A DNA stretch of 50,700 nt from an uncultured bacterium (lineage in GTDB: Bacteria > Actinomycetota > Acidimicrobiia > Acidimicrobiales > SHLQ01). The position numbers and the translations under genes are program-made. The DNA is taken from the NCBI GenBank assembly GCA_965524675.1, contig CBERPN010000002.1:1-50700 (forward strand), in the 5' to 3' direction. Position 1 is the stretch's first letter. Each line of letters starts with the position of its first letter. The notes under the pieces are model-generated. The model did no database searches. It was not told the DNA's origin and worked only from the letters and a program-made list of their open reading frames with translations. Shown piece by piece: positions 17,925-25,036 of the stretch.

Positions 17925-18980
17925 CTACTCTCCCGCGATCGTGGTATCTGGTGATTCTTCAGCGATGGGGTCCTCTTCAATTTCAATCTCAGGATCTGAG
18001 TTGTTGGAACCGCTGTCGTCGCTGGCGCCACCGCCGCCTTGGCCGGTGAACGAGTTGTCGTTGAGGCTCGATGAGCTGTCGTCGAATGCGATGCTGCCAT
18101 CACTCTCTCCGGCGACAAAGGCGTCGAAACCGCCTGGGCCATAAGGGGTGAGGAGGTTCTCGTCTTCACCAGGAAGGATGTTGGCGACGATCTCTTCAGC
18201 AGAGATGGCTTCCCAAAGCTGGGGTTCGTAGCCGTCGGGCAGCAGGTTGAACAGCACCGAGCCTGAAGGAATTGAAAGGAGGCGCAAAGCGGCTTCGGGG
18301 GGAGCCGCAATGGTTATGATTCCGCCGCCGGTGACGGTCACGGTTGTGTCTACTTCTTCGCCAGCACGGGGAGCGAGCTGGTTGTCGATCGCCAGAATCT
18401 TGACCTTCTGGTAGAAGAATCGGGTGGGGCTCTGGTACGGAGTCGCCTTGACCTGGGCGTTGTATTCCTTTTCTTCGGCGGTGAGCTCGACGCCCTCTTC
18501 CTCGGGGATTTCCTGCCAACCATCGGCGACTACCATCATGTTGACCTCATCGCCCGGGGCGAGAAATCCGCCAGCAGCCCGAACTCGGTCCATGTTTATC
18601 GACACGGTGATCATGCCTTCTGGCAAGAGGTCTGAGAACGATGTCTGCTTCACGATTGGATCGATGAAGTCACCGACCTTAAGAATCTCGTTAGCTACGA
18701 GGTTGTCCTTTGCCACTTTGCCGGTGATCTGGGTGAGATCGGTGATGGCGTTGGCTGGCCGGAGGTCGTTCGGGATGTCTCGCACCTCGATCGAGGTTCG
18801 CTGGGCGTCCTCGCCTCTGGTGTCTTCGTTGATGTCGGTGATGACCATGAACACTTCGGCGCGTGCAGCACCTTCGTTCAGGCCATCTTCGACGCCCTGG
18901 ATATAACTCCAGAGCACGTACGCTGCTAGAGCGCCGATTGCGATTGCAACGATCAGGATAAGGGTTCTACGTGAAGTCAC
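17925..18980 (-). CDS. cpaB: Flp pilus assembly protein CpaB/RcpC (TM anchor, SAF + RcpC-like domains, acidic C-terminal tail)
   Basis: It has a single TM helix (LILIVAIAIGALAAYVLW), the SAF-like motif GKVAKDNLVANEILKVGDF and the RcpC-like motif VSINMDRVRAAGGFLAPGDEVNMMV. The longest ORF runs to 19085, but GTG 18980 has the RBS AAGAGGAA upstream and leaves room for the rpsA terminators. Confidence 0.8.
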   Translation of the reverse strand: MTSRRTLILIVAIAIGALAAYVLWSYIQGVEDGLNEGAARAEVFMVITDINEDTRGEDAQRTSIEVRDIPNDLRPANAITDLTQITGKVAKDNLVANEILKVGDFIDPIVKQTSFSDLLPEGMITVSINMDRVRAAGGFLAPGDEVNMMVVADGWQEIPEEEGVELTAEEKEYNAQVKATPYQSPTRFFYQKVKILAIDNQLAPRAGEEVDTTVTVTGGGIITIAAPPEAALRLLSIPSGSVLFNLLPDGYEPQLWEAISAEEIVANILPGEDENLLTPYGPGGFDAFVAGESDGSIAFDDSSSSLNDNSFTGQGGGGASDDSGSNNSDPEIEIEEDPIAEESPDTTIAGE

Positions 18981-19080
18981 GGCTTGGCTGTTCCTCTTGA
19001 GAAGGGAAGGTCCTTTGTCTTGTCGGAATCTAAGGATGGACCTTGAGGACGATTTCAGAAGTGGGCCAAAATACTTATGA

Positions 19081-19122
19081 CGCAAAACGCGCCGAAGGGG
19101 CCGCCCTAGGGAGGCCCCTTCG
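19081..19122 (-). terminator. intrinsic terminator downstream of rpsA
   Basis: 10-bp stem CGAAGGGGCC / GGCCCCTTCG. On the minus strand it is followed by GCGCGTTTTGCG. Confidence 0.6.
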
Positions 19123-19145
19123 TTTCAACAGATGCTGTATTTGAG

Positions 19146-19169
19146 TTCTTGGGCCGATCGGCCCAAGAA
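19146..19169. repeat. perfect 24-bp palindrome abutting the rpsA stop codon
   Basis: TTCTTGGGCCGATCGGCCCAAGAA is its own reverse complement. It starts 1 nt after the TAA stop (19170-19172, minus strand). Confidence 0.9.
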
Positions 19170-20789
19170 TTAGCTCTCGGTGGGAGGCGTTACTTCGGGC
19201 TCCGCCTCAGGCGTAGCGTCGTCAGTAGATTCCGCAACCTCTTCAGCGACGGGCTCTGGTTCGGCCGCTGCCACTGGTTCGGTTGCTTCAGCTACAGCCT
19301 CTGGTTCGGTTGCTTCAGCTACAGCCTCTGGTTCGGTTGCTTCTACCGCTGTGGCTGCGTCTGGTTCGGCGGCCTCGACAGAAGACTCCGCGACCGCCTC
19401 TTCAGCTACCTGTTCCGGTTCAGTGCTTTCGATCGCTGAGGCCGCCTCTGGTTCGGCGGCCCCTGCGGCTGCCTCTTCGGAATCGGCTGCACCGGGCGCT
19501 TCTAGACCTTCGGCCTCATAGAGGTCGGCCCACGCTTCTTGACCCTCGGAGGTCTCGTTAGCTTCACCGATGTAGTTGCCTTCGTCGTCGTATGCATGCT
19601 CGCCGAAGTGCTCTTGGTACTCGGCTGCAACCACGCCACCTTCGGCGGCCTGCTTAATCGACAAGCTAATGCGGCGTCGCTGTAGGTCGAGATCGATGAT
19701 CTTCACCCACAGTTCTTCGCCAGGCGTTACAACTTGTTCGGGCAAGTCGACGTGATGTGCCGACATCTCCGAGATGTGAACCAGACCTTCGATACCGTCG
19801 CCAACCTGCACGAAGGAACCAAAGGGAACCAACTTGGTAACCCGTCCGTATACCAGCTCGCCAACTTGGTGGTTTCCGGCGAATTCCTGCCAGGGATCCT
19901 GCTGGGTTGCTTTGAGGGAGAGGCTGATGCGCTCGCGTTCGAGGTCGACCTCTAGAACCTGCACGTCGATTTCGTCTCCAACGGCAACGATTGAACCCGG
20001 GTGATCGACGTGTTTCCACGACAATTCAGACACGTGGACGAGTCCGTCCATTCCGCCGAGATCGACGAAAGCGCCGAAGTTGACTACCGACGACACCACG
20101 CCTGTGCGCCGTTCGCCTGGCTTGAGGTTGTGTAGGAAGTCTTCTCGTTGTTCTTTCTGAGTCTCTTCGAGCCATGCTCTGCGGCTGAGAACCACGTTGT
20201 TGCGATTTTTGTCGAGTTCGATGATCTTGGCGGAAAGGGTTTGGCCAACATAGGGCTGAAGATCGCGAACCCGGCGGAGTTCGACCAGCGACGCTGGGAG
20301 GAAGCCGCGAAGGCCGATATCCATGATAAGGCCGCCCTTGACGACCTCGATGCACAGCCCCTCGACCGGCTCATCGTTTTCTTTCTTGACTTCGATGCTT
20401 CCCCAGGCACGCTCGTATTGAGCACGCTTCTTAGATAGGAGAAGCCGACCCTCTTTGTCTTCTTTGGTGAGCACGAGAGCTTCGATGCGCTCGCCCATCT
20501 TCACAACTTCGCTTGGGTCGATGTCGTTGCGAATCGAAAGCTCGCGAGCAGGGATAACACCTTCGGACTTGTATCCGATATCGAGCAAGACTTCGTCGTG
20601 ATCGACCTTTACGACTATTCCTTCAACCAGTTGACCATCGTCGACGGTAACCATCGTGGCGGCGTAGGCCTCATCGATGGAGAGGCCGCCTAGGTCGTCG
20701 TCGATGATCTTTCTGGGGGTGTAGTTGCCTTCGTCATCGAAGGTTCCCATTGGTTCGGAGTGGGTTGGTGAGATTGTTGTGTCGGACAC
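19170..20789 (-). CDS. rpsA: 30S ribosomal protein S1 with ~110-aa acidic Pro/Glu/Ala-rich C-terminal extension
   Basis: 539 aa with four clear S1/OB repeats (e.g. GIVVKVDHDEVLLDIG, GLCIEVVKGGLIMDIG, GVVSSVVNFGAFVDLG, GRVTKLVPFGSFVQVG). The tail is ...EATEPEAVAEATEPEAVAEATEP... Confidence 0.95.
   Translation of the reverse strand: MSDTTISPTHSEPMGTFDDEGNYTPRKIIDDDLGGLSIDEAYAATMVTVDDGQLVEGIVVKVDHDEVLLDIGYKSEGVIPARELSIRNDIDPSEVVKMGERIEALVLTKEDKEGRLLLSKKRAQYERAWGSIEVKKENDEPVEGLCIEVVKGGLIMDIGLRGFLPASLVELRRVRDLQPYVGQTLSAKIIELDKNRNNVVLSRRAWLEETQKEQREDFLHNLKPGERRTGVVSSVVNFGAFVDLGGMDGLVHVSELSWKHVDHPGSIVAVGDEIDVQVLEVDLERERISLSLKATQQDPWQEFAGNHQVGELVYGRVTKLVPFGSFVQVGDGIEGLVHISEMSAHHVDLPEQVVTPGEELWVKIIDLDLQRRRISLSIKQAAEGGVVAAEYQEHFGEHAYDDEGNYIGEANETSEGQEAWADLYEAEGLEAPGAADSEEAAAGAAEPEAASAIESTEPEQVAEEAVAESSVEAAEPDAATAVEATEPEAVAEATEPEAVAEATEPVAAAEPEPVAEEVAESTDDATPEAEPEVTPPTES
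19274..19345. repeat. 27-bp in-frame tandem repeat (about 2.6 units) inside the rpsA tail
   Basis: CTGGTTCGGTTGCTTCAGCTACAGCCT occurs at 19274-19300 and again identically at 19301-19327, followed by a diverged partial unit. It encodes EATEPEAVA on the minus strand. Confidence 0.9.
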
Positions 20790-20917
20790 GGAGTAGGCCT
20801 TCTTGGATAAGGAATATGCAGCGGACAGAATTTCGATCCGAGGTGGCGGATGGACCGCCGATTGAACGCGCGAGCCTATCCGCAGTATGGCTGACTGTCA
20901 CTAGCGGGTTCGCTTTG

Positions 20918-22813
20918 TTAGTACGTGTCAATCATTGGCCGTTTCTTGCCGGATCGAGGAGTTGCTGGAGGGGCGGCCTTTAGTGTGGCAACAATCCAAC
21001 TCCGAGAATCTGCAGGGTCGATCACTTCGTCGATCTCGAAGTGGCTTGCCGCACTTAGGGCCTTTCCCTCTTCGTAGAGCTTGTCGACCAGTTTCCGATA
21101 GAGCTGCTCGCGGGCTTGATCGTTCTCTGCGGCTTCGAGTTCACGTCGATAGCCGAGCTTCACAAACCCTTCCAAACCCATACCGCCGAACTCCCCGGTG
21201 GGCCATGAGATGGTGAAGAGGCCCATCTTGAAACCCCCTCCCGCCATCGCCTGAGCACCTAGCCCATAGCCTTTGCGAGTCACGATTGTGAAGAAGGGCA
21301 CCGTGAGGCTTGCGGCGGTGACGAAGAGCCGTCCGGCGTGGCGAACCATCCCCTCCGCCTCAGACTCGGGTCCGACCATGAAGCCGGGGGTGTCGCAGAG
21401 GAACAGAATTGGTATGTCGAAGCCATCACAAAGCTGCATGAACCGAGCCGACTTGTCGGCACCGTCCGCGTCGATGGCGCCAGAAAGGTGCTGGTTGTTG
21501 TTGGCGATGATGCCTACGGGGCGACCTTCTACCCGAGCAAGGCAAGTGATCATTCCTTTTGCCCAGCCAGCGCGAAGTTCTAGCACCGAGCCTGAATCTG
21601 CGAGCACCTCAATGGCATCGTGAACATCGTAGGACCGCAGACGATTCTCTGGTACTACATGGCGCAGGAGCCGCTGATCGGCGCAATCCCAGTCGTCGAT
21701 ACGCCCCTGGAAGTAGCTGAGGTAGCGCTTTGCTGCCTCGACTGCCTCAGCCTCATCGTCGACAACAATGTCGATCGTGCCGTTTACTTCTTGAACCTCG
21801 ACCGGACCGATCTCGGTGGGTTCGAATACTCCGAGCCCTCCGCCTTCGATCATCGCCGGGCCCGCCATTCCAATATTGGAGTCTCTGGTGGCAATGATCA
21901 CATCGCACATCGACAAGATGGCAGCGTTACCAGCGAAGCAGAACCCCGAATTGATTCCCACCATCGGAACGAGCCCGCTCAGGCGGGCCCAGTATGCGAA
22001 TGCGAAACAATCCAGGCCCGCTATACCTAGCCCGTCGGTATCGCCCGGCCGACCCCCGCCGCCCTCGGTAAAGAAAACGACCGGTAGTTCGAGACGCTCA
22101 GCGATCTCAAAGAGTCGATCTTTCTTGCGATGATTCTGCTGCCCTTGAGTGCCGGCCAGAACCATGTAGTCATAGGAGAGAACGGCACATCGCGATCTGT
22201 CTTCTGCGAAGAGCTGTCCGTTGATATGGCCCAAACCACCAACCAACCCGTCGGCGGGCGTTCTCTCGATGAGCTCTTCAACCGCGCGGCGACGGCGTTG
22301 AGCGGCGATTACCAGCGGGGCGTACTCGACGAAACTGCCGTCATCGACGAGGTGCTGGATGTTCTCGCGAGCCGTTCGCTGCCCCTTGGCGTGACGTTTC
22401 GCCACCGCTTCGGCGCGCTCTGAGTCAAGCCCGGAGCGGTGACGATCTATCACCTCGGCTAGGTCCGGTCGGATGAGGTCAAGATCGATCTTGGGTTTTT
22501 CTGCTGAGCCGGTCATCGCGTTATCCGTTGGGGCTATCGAGAGCAACGCTTGATCTCTATTCACTTGGTCGCCAGCCACGACCAGTACCGCGGTGACCGT
22601 TCCAGCGGTCGGCGCAGTCACGACGTGTTCCATCTTCATCGACTCGATAATCACCAAGTCGGACGATTCGCTGGCGTCATCGCCAGGGTCGACACAGATC
22701 CGCACCACCGTTCCTTGCATAGGCGAGAGCACCAGGAGCGGCGCTGGGTCGGTTTTTGGGACGTCAGGGTTTGTCATCGGCTCAAGTTTTTCGTATTTCT
22801 TGCCGAACCCCAA
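20918..22813 (-). CDS. biotinyl (BCCP-like) domain fused to acyl-CoA carboxyltransferase domain
   Basis: The N-terminal ~90 aa form a biotinyl/lipoyl fold with the attachment motif IIESMKMEHVV. The remaining ~520 aa form a carboxyl_transferase domain (two crotonase-like halves, e.g. VFFTEGGGGRPGD, GIIANNNQHLSGAID, PILFLCDTPGFMVG). The start is TTG 22813 or ATG 22777. Confidence 0.85.
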   Translation of the reverse strand: MGFGKKYEKLEPMTNPDVPKTDPAPLLVLSPMQGTVVRICVDPGDDASESSDLVIIESMKMEHVVTAPTAGTVTAVLVVAGDQVNRDQALLSIAPTDNAMTGSAEKPKIDLDLIRPDLAEVIDRHRSGLDSERAEAVAKRHAKGQRTARENIQHLVDDGSFVEYAPLVIAAQRRRRAVEELIERTPADGLVGGLGHINGQLFAEDRSRCAVLSYDYMVLAGTQGQQNHRKKDRLFEIAERLELPVVFFTEGGGGRPGDTDGLGIAGLDCFAFAYWARLSGLVPMVGINSGFCFAGNAAILSMCDVIIATRDSNIGMAGPAMIEGGGLGVFEPTEIGPVEVQEVNGTIDIVVDDEAEAVEAAKRYLSYFQGRIDDWDCADQRLLRHVVPENRLRSYDVHDAIEVLADSGSVLELRAGWAKGMITCLARVEGRPVGIIANNNQHLSGAIDADGADKSARFMQLCDGFDIPILFLCDTPGFMVGPESEAEGMVRHAGRLFVTAASLTVPFFTIVTRKGYGLGAQAMAGGGFKMGLFTISWPTGEFGGMGLEGFVKLGYRRELEAAENDQAREQLYRKLVDKLYEEGKALSAASHFEIDEVIDPADSRSWIVATLKAAPPATPRSGKKRPMIDTY

Positions 22814-22919
22814 ACCACACCCCTGGATCTATCCAAATATCCGTGATCTCGAGGCCTTCGCATTTCTGCTGTTCGGGTCGATTTCGGACCTACAAATCTC
22901 AACACAAGGTGAAAGAACA

Positions 22920-23396
22920 ATGAAACGACTGATCGGCGCTGCCGCGGTTGCAGGGGTAGCGATCTTTGGGGGAGCGGGTGCGTTCGACGACGACACCACC
23001 CGCGACGCTTCAGGAGACATTACCGAAGCTGGTGGGCTTGGCGTGTTCGCGATGCAGGTAGGTGACTGCTTCCAGTTGCCAGATTCCGAAACGGTGGAGT
23101 CGGTCGAGGCCGTTCCCTGCGACGTACCGCACGACGCGCAGGTGCTAGCGAAGCCAAGCTCTAGCTACTCGGGAATCTATGACGAGACCGCGGTGTGGGA
23201 ATCGGGCATTGAGACATGCACCAGTTACTTCAACGGCTTTGTCGGGAAGTCGTACGCCGAGTCAGAACTGTACGTCGATCTCTTCTTTCCGGTAGCTGAA
23301 GGATGGGCTGATGACGATCGCAGTCTGGTTTGCCTGCTAGTTCCGAGCCCCGACGAGGCACAACTAGTTGGTGACATGGCCAACTCGCAGCGCTAA
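22920..23396 (+). CDS. secreted septum-formation-domain family protein
   Basis: The internal start is ATG 22920 with the RBS AAGGTGAAAG. The signal peptide is MKRLIGAAAVAGVAIFGGAGA. The conserved pattern VGDCF...PCDVPHDAQV...C...VCLL resembles the Septum_form domain. Confidence 0.65.
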   Translation: MKRLIGAAAVAGVAIFGGAGAFDDDTTRDASGDITEAGGLGVFAMQVGDCFQLPDSETVESVEAVPCDVPHDAQVLAKPSSSYSGIYDETAVWESGIETCTSYFNGFVGKSYAESELYVDLFFPVAEGWADDDRSLVCLLVPSPDEAQLVGDMANSQR

Positions 23397-23414
23397 AAAC
23401 GGTTCTGCCACCGT

Positions 23415-23439
23415 AAAACGCCCCCCTGGGGGCGTTTTT
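23415..23439. terminator. bidirectional intrinsic terminator between convergent genes
   Basis: AAAACGCCCC-cctg-GGGGCGTTTTT has A-tract and T-tract flanks on both strands. Confidence 0.8.
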
Positions 23440-23457
23440 AGGTGGCGGTATAGTTTG

Positions 23458-24936
23458 TCAGCGCGGTTCGATTGTTAAGCCAGCGTTGGTCAGCACCGCG
23501 GTTGGCTTGGTGTCGCTATGGAGTTCAGATCGGTCTTGCCAAACCAGGTCGAAACGAGGGCACGCCCCTAGCGACCCGACCGTCAGGTCGACGATGTCGT
23601 CGACCTGTTGGTCATAGCGAGCCACTGCAACGCCGTGGTGAGACGGCAGCTTCGCCAGCGTTATCGTCGAGCACCCGCTAGATGAGCTAGTCGTCTGATC
23701 GGCGATCGTGAGAACTGCCTCGCGTAGCCGATCGCCGTCTTGGGCAGCAGCGGCGTAGTCGCGACTATCGGCCACAGTTGCCATCGACAGCAGCCCGACG
23801 ACGGTCGCCACCATTAAGGGTATGACCAACCGCGAGAAGCTTGGTAGGTGCCGCCGAGTCACAGCGAACGAAGTCACTGCGAGGGCGCCGAGTACCAGTG
23901 ACGTACCAATGTCGGCGAAATAGTGGCCGCGGTCGAGCACGCCTGACGGGCCGAGATTGAAACCGCCGGCGACGAAAGGAAGTAGACCTGAAGCGAAGAG
24001 CCCAACCCCAGTGGCGATATAGCGCGCCTGGGCTGGAGTCTCAAAGCTTGGCATCATCGCCATTAGTACAATGCCTGCCAGCCCAGCGACTGAGACTACG
24101 ACGAGTGGGCTGAGTCGCCCTGGAGCGAGACTCCAAAGATGGCTGGGAAGTGCTTCGTCCAGGCCACCAAAAAAACTACTGGCCCCTCGCCTGGGCGACT
24201 GAAATACAACCCACATGAACGCTACTACCGAGGGCACACCCATCGCGGCCGCTCGACCGAGCGCAGCTCGGGTTGTGGTCCGGTCTTGCCAGCCAGCGCA
24301 GAGCAGGATGATCGCCCCTATGACGGCTCCTCCTTCATAGGTGGAGACCGAGGCCGCCACCAGTAGAGAAACCAGCAACAGGTTGGAGTTGCTGGTCGAT
24401 GAGGCGCTGCTAGCCCCAGGGTCGCGCCCCTTATCTATCGGTTCTATTCGAAGAGCAGCCCCAACCAGTAAAAGCATGGCTATGTGGTTTGGATTGGTGC
24501 TGGCCCAGTAGCGAACCGCACCTCGATGCGGTACTACCAACCATAGAGTTATCGAGGCAACCGCAAGCTGATCAGGTAGCCATCGCACCGCCAGACGCGC
24601 GAGTTGCAGGGCGACAAGGCCATTTAGCAGCGCCAGCAGAAGATGATGTGGGAGCGATTTCGTTCCGAACAGGCTGAACTCGATTCCGTGCACCAAGCCT
24701 TGGATTGGGCGATAACGCAGCTCGTCGGCGAACCCGCTCCAGCCTTCGAACCTAGCCGCAGCAGCGAATTCGAGATCGTCGAGCACCAGCCCATTCCCGG
24801 TGACGATTCCTAGCAGTGTCGGAAACGCGCCGGCCAACGCGACTACGGCGAGAATCCACCGATTCGGCGAAGGGGAAGTATCGAAGTTGGGTTCCGAGTG
24901 TCGAACTACAGGTGCGCTTTCGACAACGGTGGCCAC
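23458..24936 (-). CDS. polytopic membrane protein, possible GT-C-fold glycosyltransferase
   Basis: About 12 hydrophobic helices. The first loop after TM1 contains LVLDDLEFAAAARF, a DD/DE-type acidic motif as in GT-C enzymes. The C-terminus is soluble. The longest ORF (to 25059) would overlap the uvrB start and its promoter, so GTG 24936 is proposed. The start remains uncertain. Confidence 0.6.
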   Translation of the reverse strand: MATVVESAPVVRHSEPNFDTSPSPNRWILAVVALAGAFPTLLGIVTGNGLVLDDLEFAAAARFEGWSGFADELRYRPIQGLVHGIEFSLFGTKSLPHHLLLALLNGLVALQLARLAVRWLPDQLAVASITLWLVVPHRGAVRYWASTNPNHIAMLLLVGAALRIEPIDKGRDPGASSASSTSNSNLLLVSLLVAASVSTYEGGAVIGAIILLCAGWQDRTTTRAALGRAAAMGVPSVVAFMWVVFQSPRRGASSFFGGLDEALPSHLWSLAPGRLSPLVVVSVAGLAGIVLMAMMPSFETPAQARYIATGVGLFASGLLPFVAGGFNLGPSGVLDRGHYFADIGTSLVLGALAVTSFAVTRRHLPSFSRLVIPLMVATVVGLLSMATVADSRDYAAAAQDGDRLREAVLTIADQTTSSSSGCSTITLAKLPSHHGVAVARYDQQVDDIVDLTVGSLGACPRFDLVWQDRSELHSDTKPTAVLTNAGLTIEPR

Positions 24937-25006
24937 CCAAACCAATCGGCATCGCCCGAAGCTTTGTGACCACGGCAACAGCCGCTTGACCGCGAGCTGA
25001 GTGGGG

Positions 25007-25030
25007 ACTGTCAGCGCAGGGTCGTAATAT
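25007..25030 (+). promoter_or_regulatory. RecA-NDp-like DNA-damage promoter upstream of uvrB
   Basis: cTGTCAgcg-N9-TAATAT compares with the mycobacterial RecA-independent promoter motif tTGTCRgtg-N8-TAnnnT. The spacer is 1 nt longer. The -10 element ends 6 nt before ATG 25037. Confidence 0.35.
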
Positions 25031-25036
25031 AGCGAG

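Noticed and set aside
19180-19521. 113-aa Ser/Ala/Gly-rich plus-strand ORF (GSGSAAATGSVASATASGS...) that looks like a repeat protein.
   Set aside because: It is the antisense reading of the acidic PEA-repeat tail of rpsA. The S1 frame is continuous with four S1 domains, so the sense frame is the real one.
22593-22919. N-terminal 109 aa of ORF 22593-23396, which would make the septum-formation-domain protein 267 aa.
   Set aside because: This part is antisense to the 5' end of the carboxyltransferase gene and has odd composition. A signal peptide with a good RBS starts at ATG 22920.
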